Positions 25,801-35,359 of a stretch of 44,291 nucleotides of DNA are shown in pieces. Made by a program: the position numbers and the translations under genes. Every line of letters starts with the position of its first letter. Position 1 is the first letter of the stretch. The notes beneath the pieces are model-generated. The model ran no database searches. It had not been told where the DNA came from and was given only the letters and a program-made list of their open reading frames with translations. This DNA comes from a virus (lineage: Duplodnaviria; Caudoviricetes): positions 1 to 44,291 of the IMG/VR virus record IMGVR_UViG_3300012952_000032, one strand, 5' to 3'.

Positions 25801-28380
25801 ACGTTTGTAGTTAATTATTTCAGTTTCTTCATCTTGTGCAGTGTTTGCTATCCGAGTGTCGAATACAAATTCCCTGAACCTAGCTTGTTTTTCCCTTATT
25901 TCTTTTATGCTGTCTTGCTCAGGGTCGATAAATGTTTCTAAATTTTTACCCTCTTCGTCGAGTAATACCTCACCGTCTTCTCCAACGGCCTGATAAAAAT
26001 ATGCTCCCCTCGGAATAGTATTGCGTGGTTGAATAGCCTGACCCAACGTAACATTCTGAGAGGCATCCACAATTGTTTCTGTATTAACCGACGGATGATC
26101 TAGGGGGAGTTGATCTATTTCGACACGCAAACCTCGCTCTAACAACTGACCTAAGATTGTTGATAGTCCCGTTTGTGCTGCCGACACTGGACCGCCTTCG
26201 TTAAAGTTAGTGCCGCCCTCAGTCTCGTTTATGCGTTTACCCGCTTGCACTAAATCTTGCAGATTAACTTTCGTTCTCTTGCCATCTTCAGAAACGAGTT
26301 CTGCGTTTTTAAATTTACTTTTTTTAGCTTGTGTTATTTCACTATCAACGTACATACCCAAGGGCAACCCATTTTTACCGTACCTTCGAGTATCAGGGGT
26401 GGTCGTAACATTCAATGACCATGTGCCATCAGTATTCTCTGATATTGAGACAACTGCATCAGAATACTTATTCTTAAAATCGACTGCTCTGGTTAAAATG
26501 CTGTTCGGTGCAGATGGGATATCTTCTGTGCTTTCATTAAAGGCTTGCTCGTAGGCTTCACGAGCAGCAGCAGTTTCTTCGACTGGGGCTTTGGGGTTTC
26601 TTGGTTGGTAACGCTTGCTTAATATCTCTTCAGCATCAAACTCGGTGTCAGTGAAATCACTAGCATCTTCTGTATCTCTTGTTTCAACTGTCGTTATCGG
26701 TGCATTCGGGTCAACTTGCATATCACGAACAACAACGTCATCGTCGGCCTCGAACCGCTGTTTGCGTCGTTCCATTGCAGCTTGCAAATCAACAACTTCC
26801 CACTTACCACCTGCGGGAACCATTCCTTTTGCTGATTCGATGGCTCGATCCAGTCCTACTGAATCAGTAGCTTCTTCATGGACGACATTACCTTCGTTGT
26901 CTGTGACCTGTACAACTTGGTCCGAAGTAGGGGGCATAGTTGCTGAATAGCCAAGTGCTTTGGCAATGGCTCGATCCGATGCACCGTCGTTTAAAACTTC
27001 TGAGATTAAAGACACATTCTTAGACATCAACGTACCGCGCCCAGGTACAAAAACTGCGTATGTATCGCCATCAGGGTCTGCAACTATGGAACCATCTGCT
27101 TGCTGACTAACAGTAGTAACACCGTTCGCGCCATCGCCTACGTTATAGGTATCTTCATTGCCTGAAACCCAAACTGCTTGTTTGTTGTTGTTTGGGTCTT
27201 CCATTGCGTTAAACTGCGCTGCAATATCCCTGGTAGATTCGGGGGTTGTTAAACCCAGATCAACAACACCTGCCTGTTCTCTTTCAGTCTGCTGTGCAAC
27301 TTGGGCTTCACGGCCTTGCTCGATTAATTTTTCAGCGCCTCTAAATACAGAATTCGCTGCGCTTGCAGGAGCAGCCGCACCACCGCCTAATGCTCCGCCT
27401 CCAAAGAAACCAACAAATGCAGCTTCACCCAATCGTAGTGCTGCATCTTGTCTGTCATATTCAGGGTCAAGAGCAAAACGGTTTGCAACGGCCATACCTT
27501 CTTGAATTACTTCGGTAGTGCCTTCGATTGCACCAGACTTCAATGCAGCACCGCCAATGTCTCTGCCGAGTTTTGCAAAAATGCCACTAGATTCTGCTTT
27601 GCCTCTTTGAGTAGCGACTTTGCCTATTAGTTTAGCTATACCTATTTCGCCACCAACACCGACAGCCGCTTGGGGTACACCAATCGCTGCTGCGCGGAAG
27701 GCTGTAACCGGATCAAGCTCTTCACCTGTTTCCAGTGCTTCGGATAGATTCTGTCCCGATAAAGGTACAAACTCAGATACACCAGCACCTGTTATAAAAC
27801 CTGCGTTCGCTGCTCGATTACGGAATAAAGTATAAATCCCATTTGCCAATTCTTTTTCATCGGGTGTTGCAGTGCCTCGCACTGTTCTCGATAAAGTATC
27901 TTGGACAAGTTTTTTAGCTGCTGCACGGCCTGTTTTAGTTACGGCTGATTTACCAAGTACGCCAACAACAGCACCCGTACCGCCACTAGCAATAGAAGAA
28001 AGTGCTGAAGGAACTATCTGTCCTGAACCTTTAAGAATTTGGGTAGCAAAACCCATTAGAGTAGGCTTCTCAAGAAATTCACCAAAGGTTTGAATACCGT
28101 CAAACATTTCAGCCGCTTGAGTTTCGGCTAGACGAGCATTACGAATTGTAGTTTCAGCGCCTTCCTGGTCGCCAACTAAAGTCTGAGCCAACCCTTTGAA
28201 ATATCGAGCGTCTGCAACCAAGCCCGCAGCACCGCCTTGGACTCCGCGCACAAAAGTATCGCCAAGTGTTGCAGGTGCTACCGAAGGTTCAGGGAGTGCT
28301 TGAATGCCAGCCGCGACGTTATTGGGGTTGGTCGGAGCCTGTGCAGCTTTTGATATAAGAGTTTCAAGAACATCTGCCAT
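22885..28380 (-). CDS. Large internal virion/ejection protein with zincin-like motif
   Basis: 1831 aa; Gly/Ala-rich membrane-active N-terminus (EGTTEVIQE); MHELGH...FEEWYADQ motif; sits in the ejection-protein position. Confidence 0.75.
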   Translation of the reverse strand: MADVLETLISKAAQAPTNPNNVAAGIQALPEPSVAPATLGDTFVRGVQGGAAGLVADARYFKGLAQTLVGDQEGAETTIRNARLAETQAAEMFDGIQTFGEFLEKPTLMGFATQILKGSGQIVPSALSSIASGGTGAVVGVLGKSAVTKTGRAAAKKLVQDTLSRTVRGTATPDEKELANGIYTLFRNRAANAGFITGAGVSEFVPLSGQNLSEALETGEELDPVTAFRAAAIGVPQAAVGVGGEIGIAKLIGKVATQRGKAESSGIFAKLGRDIGGAALKSGAIEGTTEVIQEGMAVANRFALDPEYDRQDAALRLGEAAFVGFFGGGALGGGAAAPASAANSVFRGAEKLIEQGREAQVAQQTEREQAGVVDLGLTTPESTRDIAAQFNAMEDPNNNKQAVWVSGNEDTYNVGDGANGVTTVSQQADGSIVADPDGDTYAVFVPGRGTLMSKNVSLISEVLNDGASDRAIAKALGYSATMPPTSDQVVQVTDNEGNVVHEEATDSVGLDRAIESAKGMVPAGGKWEVVDLQAAMERRKQRFEADDDVVVRDMQVDPNAPITTVETRDTEDASDFTDTEFDAEEILSKRYQPRNPKAPVEETAAAREAYEQAFNESTEDIPSAPNSILTRAVDFKNKYSDAVVSISENTDGTWSLNVTTTPDTRRYGKNGLPLGMYVDSEITQAKKSKFKNAELVSEDGKRTKVNLQDLVQAGKRINETEGGTNFNEGGPVSAAQTGLSTILGQLLERGLRVEIDQLPLDHPSVNTETIVDASQNVTLGQAIQPRNTIPRGAYFYQAVGEDGEVLLDEEGKNLETFIDPEQDSIKEIREKQARFREFVFDTRIANTAQDEETEIINYKRDRSARVREERVQEIDGLGEIERFARNALGQTDLPLTQHNIELGRPDERTDTGSSKRARRTKSVNRIFGIDTGTAFSAVLTKAINALKLKMPVTIVTKSYWENLPNKADLFDGNLPEGLVDKVSEQISGMGNNNAGKYIGFKNHHLLVVNEAVGNELAQTITAMHELGHALFREERRNVLENEGLRKRLYKAFLKAKNREGAPAQYEGPNRFEEWYADQVAMWGLKLAGGIAAAKPRNQVESYFKQLVMKLRNMWNSLRNDMQRRFSPTENFSPDFDTYIQEVVNRSKETIKGQSDKWTEAFVVRELESEIKRQAPAPMARLLRLIESIVGRTGVNLVLPADNALRNIGSGVGKAKQAALSIAKMMYSRSGEGGLGFLQLSTLQKNEFMNQLETLLGTDLYSPENQAAFDQALSDTPTADLDGKARQIRLFLERMHDEYISQAPGVQVRKLKDFFPVRLDFVAINENKEGFARILFENQDPNKRQKTYEEMLAVVKTMLEEGSIQEQYDPNFEDETLIDPYDDNVKANLRAARRLTKGVPKEALNDAGFLKPPQEALGNYIRDIVKYVEWQRAIKDENGNDKLAAALKTLEQANPEFKQQAEEILDVYLGYQSAPLSPLLQKANSWLGFLQILTTLAFAAISSFSELAGPIIRSREFAALRPVALKAAIQTMNRKESQELARQLGLVTSQSMAHAIIDPASQEYMGETQRRWTDGWFKVTGLEWFTRFTREFGANMSREFILYHARKPSPDSERYLKELGLTAEEVLTWDTNEFTTPVGRKVKLAMQKFTESSVIRPNAAERPIWASDPRFMLIFQLKGFAYAYGKVIVGGLMAEIKKRQADPRFTTEQERFLAMTSMLALTGFAAMPFTMLGLELKEFTKFSLAAILPGVEASDRYFRSDSMDWGSYMFEITDRAGLLGPWSLLLGAQTSAQYGGSAVGSILGPSVESFERLFSDGLNAIPDRMIPVYSQL

Positions 28381-28388
28381 TCGCTGTC

Positions 28389-30575
28389 CTATTCACTTTG
28401 TTGTGCGCGAGCAGCATCTCTCGCTTTAATCATTGAAATGAACAGCTTACCAATAGTCGGGTTGAGGTTCATTATTTTCTCTGCGCTAAATTTTTCGCTT
28501 CTAGTGTCTCCTGCAACTCCAGTGACCTTAAACCTGACTGGCTCACCGTTCGAGTCATAAGCATCGATTTCTACGTTAGCTAAATTATCAGCAGAAAAAG
28601 TAGGTTGTGCTTGTCCACGTAGGAACGGAATACTTGATGCGAGGGTTTCCATAAAACCACCTCGCTCTGTTAACGCTACGTTTTGTGCGTAAGTAGTGGT
28701 AAACTGCGCCAAAGCTGTTAAATATTGTTGCGCTTCTTCTGGTGTTTGTGCTGCCGCTGATTTAGCCAAAAGTTGCGGAAGAATATCAGTGTCGAAACGC
28801 TGTAAATTCCGTTCAGCAAGTTCGTTACTTGGTAACTCTTTACCTTCACCCTCTGGATCAACAATTTCCGAAATCTTATTGTGGACATTTTCTGTGATCC
28901 AGTTGGCTGCGTTATCCATTCTTTCAAATACTTCTAAACTCATCTGGTTATTGGCTTGTAGCCTACTTATCCTGTTTCTTTCAGCCGACAACTGATTAGT
29001 ATAGTCATTCTGTGCTAACTGCATCGCTTGATAGGCGCTCATACTTTCAACACCTGTCTCGCCAAGATTCATCAATGAACTAAATGCGTCGTTTTTCTGT
29101 GCTTCGGTAGCGCCCATTGCCGAGATAAAAGCGTAAATCATCTTCTTGGATTTAAGATCGGCTCGCTGTGCATCGTTCAAGTTATTAATACCCGCAGTTT
29201 GCATACCTTGTGCGACAGCAGTGACAGTAGCTTGATTCTGTGAAAACTCTTGTCCAAGAATTTCTAATTGTTCTTTTGCATCTGAAGCAGTCAGATCAAC
29301 TGCATTAGCTTGATCTTCTGTAGTCACAATGACTGATTTACTGTCTGGATCAGTAACTGAATCTGAAATAGGGGCAGCATCTTCCAAACCAAAGTCAGAT
29401 TTGTGTTGTTGGATCTGCGCTTGAATTGCGTTTACTTGTTCTTGGTTGTTCTGTGTATCTTTAACAACACCGCGATACCTTGCGGGAACTCCACGTGGAA
29501 CATCACCACCTTGTGCTGATTCAAGTTGTGACTCAAGTTCTTCGAGTCGAGCTTGAGGATAGCTTTCAAGTTGTTTTGTGACGTTATCTAAAGCTCGTCG
29601 ATTACCAACAACACTTCTACCGCCACCTGCGCCACCTTGAGAAGATGACAGATTTTCATAGCGTTTTAATAACTTATTCAGTTCAGGATCATTAATGTCA
29701 TCACGTTTTGTAGAAAGAGTATCAATAACACTCACGGAAGGTTGCGTCGCATCTGGCGCATCTAAAACCGAATTAATATCTTGATCGCTTCCCGGCAAGA
29801 TAGAAGTATCGCCAGTAACATCAGCCGCTAGTTGAGCAGTAATATCAGGGTCATCTTGTACTTGCCCTGCAACGCCAAGTAAATTACGGCCTATTTCAGC
29901 GCCTTCGTCAGTGCCTGAAGCCATTGCTTGATCTGCTGCATTAACAACAGTCAGCAAATTAGAATCAATATTGGCTAACTCTCTAGCAGCCGCAAGTTGA
30001 GGATAGTTAGCTCCTAATGTACTGTCTTGTAAGAGAGTTGTTTTGTAATACAGTTCAGCCGCATTTGCGATGTCACCAGCATTTTCAAAAGTTGCTATTT
30101 CAGAATCTGGGAAACTTGTGCCGTCTTTAGTCAAAACTCCTTCGCCAAACACGCCTCGGCCATCGGTATAGCTACCACCAAAAGCAAATTTCCCATTGGG
30201 TAGTCTGGTCACTTTATCGAGTGCGAACCCTTCGGGTGTAGTCATGCCTAACTTATCTTGCGCCATTCTAAGGGCAAGCGCATCTGCTGCTGGCACACCG
30301 TTTTGTATATCAGTCCTAAATTTTTCTTTATCAAACCTGTTGGTATTTATATCGAAATATTCACCTTCAAGCATTTGGTTGAACGTGCCGTCATTCATTC
30401 GAACCTTTTCTTCATTGGCAAACTGTTGCGCCTGTCGCGCTTCTTGCTGCTCCATAAGACCAAGTTGCTGACGACTCACATCAAGGCGTTCTTGCTGTAG
30501 CTGATTAGCCTGACGTTGTTGATTCGCTATTTGTTGTGTACGAAATGTACTTAAAAGTGCATCTGCGAGTGCCAT
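28389..30575 (-). CDS. Internal virion protein
   Basis: 728 aa, Gln/Ala-rich and helical; position in the cluster. Confidence 0.65.
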   Translation of the reverse strand: MALADALLSTFRTQQIANQQRQANQLQQERLDVSRQQLGLMEQQEARQAQQFANEEKVRMNDGTFNQMLEGEYFDINTNRFDKEKFRTDIQNGVPAADALALRMAQDKLGMTTPEGFALDKVTRLPNGKFAFGGSYTDGRGVFGEGVLTKDGTSFPDSEIATFENAGDIANAAELYYKTTLLQDSTLGANYPQLAAARELANIDSNLLTVVNAADQAMASGTDEGAEIGRNLLGVAGQVQDDPDITAQLAADVTGDTSILPGSDQDINSVLDAPDATQPSVSVIDTLSTKRDDINDPELNKLLKRYENLSSSQGGAGGGRSVVGNRRALDNVTKQLESYPQARLEELESQLESAQGGDVPRGVPARYRGVVKDTQNNQEQVNAIQAQIQQHKSDFGLEDAAPISDSVTDPDSKSVIVTTEDQANAVDLTASDAKEQLEILGQEFSQNQATVTAVAQGMQTAGINNLNDAQRADLKSKKMIYAFISAMGATEAQKNDAFSSLMNLGETGVESMSAYQAMQLAQNDYTNQLSAERNRISRLQANNQMSLEVFERMDNAANWITENVHNKISEIVDPEGEGKELPSNELAERNLQRFDTDILPQLLAKSAAAQTPEEAQQYLTALAQFTTTYAQNVALTERGGFMETLASSIPFLRGQAQPTFSADNLANVEIDAYDSNGEPVRFKVTGVAGDTRSEKFSAEKIMNLNPTIGKLFISMIKARDAARAQQSE

Positions 30576-30587
30576 AATAGTTCCCTG

Positions 30588-31166
30588 CTAAAATACTACG
30601 CCCATGAGAGCAAGACTACCCAGACCGCCTAGTGTGCTATAGGTGTTCATTTTGGATTGTGCTTTAGCTCTGTCATAAGCCATTCGTCTGTCAATTTGAT
30701 TCCCTGCTGCACTACCCATCTGACTTTGAGAAGCCCTGTTTACACCTTGCCCGATATTAATTAGATCAGCCAATGTTGATTTGTTTAATTCTCTTTGCGC
30801 TATCTGTGCATCAGCGACACCTTGAATACCACTTGCAGTAGTACCCAGTTGAATATTGCGTTGCTGTGCTAATCGTTGTGCGGGAGTCAGACCTACGCCA
30901 TAGCGTTGAGCATTCCTACTTGCGACTCCTTGCGTAAGCCCTTGAGCAATTTTTGCATCTTCTCTTGCTTGGTCAACAAGGGATGTGTCAGTCGATGCTT
31001 TAGCAATTAAGTCATCTTCAAACTTGCTGTAGTCTTTGACGTACCGCAGGTAATCATCACGAGTCATATCCGCAAAAGTTTTTTCGGGATCATCTACAGT
31101 AGGTAACGCCCCGCTAGTTTTTGCTTTGCTGATTGCTGTATCGTATTTGTCGTATAAATTAGTCAT
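30588..31166 (-). CDS. Internal virion protein
   Basis: Ala/Gln-rich with C-terminal GGLGSLALMG. Confidence 0.65.
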   Translation of the reverse strand: MTNLYDKYDTAISKAKTSGALPTVDDPEKTFADMTRDDYLRYVKDYSKFEDDLIAKASTDTSLVDQAREDAKIAQGLTQGVASRNAQRYGVGLTPAQRLAQQRNIQLGTTASGIQGVADAQIAQRELNKSTLADLINIGQGVNRASQSQMGSAAGNQIDRRMAYDRAKAQSKMNTYSTLGGLGSLALMGVVF

Positions 31167-31167
31167 G

Positions 31168-31803
31168 TTACTGCCCACCAAGCGCATATCTAAATCTTTC
31201 TTGTAGCCCTTTTACCTTTCTGCCTTGTGAATCTACAGGTGTAAAAAAACTGCCTTGGACGGGAGTTTTAGTGTAAGGATCGCGTCCGGTACTTCCGAGA
31301 TTCCCTAACCCTTGCCCAATCGCTGTACCCGCAATCTGACCTGCGGCATCGTATTTACTCTGCGCTACCGCCTGTCTGTTTGCTGCTCTGGCTAGTCCTT
31401 CTGAAGTCTGCATCCGGGCAAGCTGTGACATACCACTTTGTGCATCAGCCGCTTGTCCTAAACGTGTGCCTAAAACATTTGTCTGATCTTTTGCCTGTAT
31501 AGCTTTGCCTGTTGCCGTTGCTTGGCCCAGTTGTGAAGTCAGTCCACCTGCCAACGCTCCAGCACTACCCACATCGGTAGCCTGTCTCAGCGTAGGTTGA
31601 GCAGTTAATGTTTGCATCGTGTCTGCATTAGCTCGGCCTCTTGCGATACGAGTTGGATCGTCCGACAGCGACTGGTCGCGCATCTTTAACAACAGCGGAT
31701 CATATTTCTTTTTGAAATTGTCGTACTGCGCTTTAGCTACCGCTGCGCTAGTCTTTTCCATTTCAGATGGTTTGTAGTCTTTACTTTTTGGTCTGTCGCC
31801 CAT
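31168..31803 (-). CDS. Internal virion protein
   Basis: Ala/Gly/Gln-rich; start MGDRPK behind GAGGG. Confidence 0.65.
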   Translation of the reverse strand: MGDRPKSKDYKPSEMEKTSAAVAKAQYDNFKKKYDPLLLKMRDQSLSDDPTRIARGRANADTMQTLTAQPTLRQATDVGSAGALAGGLTSQLGQATATGKAIQAKDQTNVLGTRLGQAADAQSGMSQLARMQTSEGLARAANRQAVAQSKYDAAGQIAGTAIGQGLGNLGSTGRDPYTKTPVQGSFFTPVDSQGRKVKGLQERFRYALGGQ

Positions 31804-31804
31804 C

Positions 31805-32263
31805 TCATACGTCCCTCGAATAAACAACTGTATCTATAGCCCAACCGCTACCAGTTAAATAAGTTCCAACTGTCTCGACGTTCGATCTAATCTCTAACTT
31901 GGTATACCCATGTTCTTTAGCAAGCTCTGTAAAAAAATCAGTATGTACAATACCGACTTTTCCACCTTTTCTTTTTGCCCAAGCTATCCAAATCAATAAA
32001 GTCTTATCATTGGTAAACTCGTCCACCTCCGTCGTAGTAACTGCAAAGCCTTCTTCAGTAGTCCAAAGAACAGCTTGCCCACCGACACATGCGGCATAAA
32101 CATCTTCCGGTCTGTAGGTAAGATGCTTGTTAGCCTCCAAAATCTTATCAACACCAGTTTTAACCCACGACCATTCTTCACGAATGTCAGCTACTTTAGG
32201 TGTATTAATACTTTTCCCACGTTGCTCGTCTTCTTCTATACGGAGTGGTGTAATATCCGCCAT
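31805..32263 (-). CDS. GNAT-fold-like protein preceding the ejection proteins
   Basis: LLIWIAW...ELAKEHGYTKLEIRS...GW pattern and position; 59-nt overlap with upstream gene. Confidence 0.55.
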   Translation of the reverse strand: MADITPLRIEEDEQRGKSINTPKVADIREEWSWVKTGVDKILEANKHLTYRPEDVYAACVGGQAVLWTTEEGFAVTTTEVDEFTNDKTLLIWIAWAKRKGGKVGIVHTDFFTELAKEHGYTKLEIRSNVETVGTYLTGSGWAIDTVVYSRDV

Positions 32264-32894
32264 ACTTTACTTTCCTCGCCACTGGGCTATCTGCAAATCT
32301 TGCTTTTCTGTCTGCAAAACTAAGTCCTTCTTGCCAAAGCTGTGCATAAACTTCAGCACCAGTAAGATCGGACCAGTCTTTGTTTGGTATTCTCAGTAAA
32401 CGAAATAACGTACCGTTAACAATCGCGTCACGATAGTCATTCATGATGTCAGCTTCACATGCTGTACTTGTATGCGTAGGTTTTAAAATGGCTCTAACAA
32501 TCGTGCTGCCCACTTTTGTAACCGATGGAATAGGCACTAACCAGAACTGGCTAGAAGACTGTTTAATGAAATAAGTAGGTGTACCGACATAAGTTGACTC
32601 TCGCCATTTTGGTTCTCGCTCCTCTAACAGAGAAGAAGATACTGCTTCGAGATCGTTTCCGTCATAAGTAGCCCACAATATCTTATGAACTACAGTTCCT
32701 GTAGGCGGCTCAAAATCATATTCATAGGTATTAGCAACAGTATCCACTGGATCAAGTTCTGCCTGATACACTTCGCTTTTTTCACACAACTCAATCACAG
32801 TATTACGAACCGTGTTTTCAATCAGAGTGTCAGTACAACCAGGAACCATTGGAATGATGTCAGGCAGTAAATCTTCGTATTTCACTGTTGCCAT
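32205..32894 (-). CDS. Head-tail adaptor-like protein
   Basis: LLPDIIPMVPGC...ELCEKS...AIVNGTLFRLLRIPNKDWSD. Confidence 0.7.
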   Translation of the reverse strand: MATVKYEDLLPDIIPMVPGCTDTLIENTVRNTVIELCEKSEVYQAELDPVDTVANTYEYDFEPPTGTVVHKILWATYDGNDLEAVSSSLLEEREPKWRESTYVGTPTYFIKQSSSQFWLVPIPSVTKVGSTIVRAILKPTHTSTACEADIMNDYRDAIVNGTLFRLLRIPNKDWSDLTGAEVYAQLWQEGLSFADRKARFADSPVARKVKYGGYYTTPYRRRRATWEKY

Positions 32895-32896
32895 AG

Positions 32897-33595
32897 TTAA
32901 TTACCCATCATTGGATTTAGAGTCGGATCGGGGCGTTCACTATTTGGCGAAGTCAGTATGTCTAACTGCGACTTACCACTTACTGAAGTCATGAACAATT
33001 GGAAATGCGAAGCTGCTCGTTGTTGATGCCCTGCAAAATCTGCATCTTTCATATACGCCATATAGATAACGTAATTCATGATCGCAACAGAATAGATATC
33101 TGGAAGACCAATGTTATCGCTTATGGTAACTGCGGCAGGGTTTGCACTGTAGACAATCTCACAATAAGCATTACCATCAACACCTGGATAAACATAAAAA
33201 GTGCGTGGATCGCTTTCTTCATAAACATAGTGTTTAACCGTTGTGCCATGTTTTGATAGACCAGTTGCAGCAGGGTCATGCCAACTCGGAGCCTGTGCAT
33301 CGAGCACTTCCTTATCGACAATACGAATAGTTCTACCGCCATTACCCGCACTGGCTGCACTCATATTACGAATAACACTAAGAAGCCTATTACCCCCCGA
33401 TGGGATGGACTGCTTAGTACCAGTTGCTAAAGTAACTGTTTCATTCGTAGCACTAGCATCAGGTTTGATAAGAACGATTGCCCGTTGAGCATCATTTACC
33501 CAACTGACTAGCTCAGACTCAGGCCATCGTATAGCAGATGTGTCCTGTAAAATTATTTGAGCTTTATCTACTATACTTTGAACCGAAGTTGCCAT
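32897..33595 (-). CDS. Head-tail adaptor (DUF6682-like)
   Basis: LQD...RWPESELVSWVNDAQ...RPD-like, FYVYP, YMAYMKDADF. Confidence 0.75.
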   Translation of the reverse strand: MATSVQSIVDKAQIILQDTSAIRWPESELVSWVNDAQRAIVLIKPDASATNETVTLATGTKQSIPSGGNRLLSVIRNMSAASAGNGGRTIRIVDKEVLDAQAPSWHDPAATGLSKHGTTVKHYVYEESDPRTFYVYPGVDGNAYCEIVYSANPAAVTISDNIGLPDIYSVAIMNYVIYMAYMKDADFAGHQQRAASHFQLFMTSVSGKSQLDILTSPNSERPDPTLNPMMGN

Positions 33596-33603
33596 TGCTT
33601 TAC

Positions 33604-34050
33604 CTAACCATTAATAACTTGATCCCACGCTTTAGTGCGTTCTTCTGGTGCTACTGTTCGACCAACTGCCGTGTTAATAGCTGCTGCTTTTGGCTCACCA
33701 TTCTTTTTGAAGTTAGCGGGATCGCCATCCGTAACAAGTTTTTCAATAGCCACCACTATTTCTGAAACATCGCCCACTGCAACCTCCGTGAACGCTTCAT
33801 CGACATTTGGTGTTGAAGGATCGTCAGCAATAAAGTGACCGTCCTCATTTCTTGCTCGTATGGATACCAGTGTAGTTTCTTCAATTTTCACTGATTCTCT
33901 TTTGCTACTTTTGCCAACTTCCTTTGCGCCTTGCTGTAATGCCAGAAGTCCAATTTCCTCACTCAGTTCCCTTTCTTTTCCCGCTTCCAAAACAACGACG
34001 CTTCCCCAAGTTGTTGCTATACGGAGGTTTTTATCTGAGATAATTTTCAT
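33604..34050 (-). CDS. Hypothetical head-associated protein
   Basis: Follows capsid and pqqA; contains RARNEDGHFIADDPSTPNVDEAF motif. Confidence 0.7.
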   Translation of the reverse strand: MKIISDKNLRIATTWGSVVVLEAGKERELSEEIGLLALQQGAKEVGKSSKRESVKIEETTLVSIRARNEDGHFIADDPSTPNVDEAFTEVAVGDVSEIVVAIEKLVTDGDPANFKKNGEPKAAAINTAVGRTVAPEERTKAWDQVING

Positions 34051-34056
34051 AAAAAT

Positions 34057-34128
34057 TTACCTGTTGCTGAAATACATAGTGATTTCAAAGCCAAGTCTTA
34101 CGTTTTCGAATGTAGGTTTTGTCCACAT
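34057..34128 (-). CDS. pqqA: Pyrroloquinoline quinone precursor peptide PqqA, 23 aa (not in ORF track)
   Basis: [23 protein letters not shown]: MWTKP start and R.GFE.TMY core with the E-x3-Y pair; GAGG SD 8 nt before ATG. Confidence 0.93.
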   Translation of the reverse strand: MWTKPTFENVRLGFEITMYFSNR

Positions 34129-34150
34129 AACTTTGTCCTCTATTAAATTG

Positions 34151-34197
34151 AAAAAACCCCACACCCTCCCCAGGAGTCAGGAGGGAGGGAGGGGGTT
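34151..34197 (-). terminator. Rho-independent terminator after the capsid gene
   Basis: Minus strand AACCCC..CCCTCC..GGAGGG..GGGGTT stem followed by a T run. Confidence 0.75.
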
Positions 34198-34207
34198 ACT
34201 ACTTTAC

Positions 34208-35359
34208 TTAAACAGCAGTGTCTAAGCAGATTACACCGAAGTCTTCAACAGCACCGTTATAGTCACTGTTGTACTTAGGCTTTCGTAGACCGAAAATCTT
34301 GCCTATGGAAATACCAGATTGGTTTCCATAATCAAAAGTTTCTTCAACTACTTCTGGGTTGCCTATGTCGGCCATTGCTAGAGCTTGCGCTCCGCAGAAC
34401 AATGCTCTCGCACCGTCTTGGTCAGCATTTGCACCCCACTTGTAACCAGCAGAACCTGCGTTCGCACTGGTTCCTCCAGTCGCACCTTCGGTTGAGAAGA
34501 CATGACGGAATTCATGAACCATCACGCCATCAACCATTAGTGAACTTGAACCCGCGAACAACTGGTTGTTTGGTCCACGGATACCTGCGTTTCTCACGTT
34601 AGCTAGGAAATCACTATCTAGCTTGAGATCGGCCATTTGCTGTGGAGTGACAAACATGTGAAACACTTCTTCATTGCCAGCACCGCGAATACCTCGGATA
34701 TAGTTATCCTTGGCATAGGCTTTCAACTCTACTATCGCTCTGTAGTTGATAGTGTCTGCTGCAACGATTGCAGTAGTATCACCCGCTACAATGCTTGTAG
34801 TACCTGCGTCATATCGACGATGACGAGCAGTAGAAGGGGCAGAAACATCAGAAGCAAACTCCAAATCAACAAGCTCGTGACCTGTTGTAGCTGAAGTAGT
34901 CCTTAATGCACCATTAGTTTTATTGGTGTAAGCAGAACCAGACAATGTTAGGAATGCTAACTGGTCCATTCGATCTGCCATTGCATAAGCAAGAGCGTCC
35001 CGTGAGTTTTCGCGGAAATTTACAACAGACTTTTGATCGGCTAAACGACCAGCAATCCTGTTAGCAAATCTAAGCTGATCTAGCTCGATGGTGATATCGT
35101 AGGCACGTAATGCTTCTTCGTTACCCTCTAAGGTGTTATCCCCAGTGATACCATCACCTGTCATATCAGCAAGTAATGTAATGACTGCTTTGGTTCCTTT
35201 ATCAGACTTAGTTAAGTCAGTGATTCTTTGAACCATAGCGTTAGAACCAGTGCCAGCAAACTGATTAATAAAGCTCATGTTTCTAGCAACACGCCAGAAG
35301 TCACGGCTCCATGCAGTCAACTGATTACTGGTTAACGATGCAAAATTCGTTAAAGCCAT
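34208..35359 (-). CDS. Major capsid protein (N4-gp56/DUF4043-like)
   Basis: 383 aa; GDNTLEGNEEAL, IELDQLR, ALFCGAQALA and EDFGVI motifs; GGAGG SD. Confidence 0.9.
   Translation of the reverse strand: MALTNFASLTSNQLTAWSRDFWRVARNMSFINQFAGTGSNAMVQRITDLTKSDKGTKAVITLLADMTGDGITGDNTLEGNEEALRAYDITIELDQLRFANRIAGRLADQKSVVNFRENSRDALAYAMADRMDQLAFLTLSGSAYTNKTNGALRTTSATTGHELVDLEFASDVSAPSTARHRRYDAGTTSIVAGDTTAIVAADTINYRAIVELKAYAKDNYIRGIRGAGNEEVFHMFVTPQQMADLKLDSDFLANVRNAGIRGPNNQLFAGSSSLMVDGVMVHEFRHVFSTEGATGGTSANAGSAGYKWGANADQDGARALFCGAQALAMADIGNPEVVEETFDYGNQSGISIGKIFGLRKPKYNSDYNGAVEDFGVICLDTAV

Noticed and set aside
12990-34128. Functional link between pqqA and the cupredoxin-like domain as a phage redox chain
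   Set aside because: Genes are 21 kb apart, no dehydrogenase is encoded and the domain is fused to a tail protein; no sequence support
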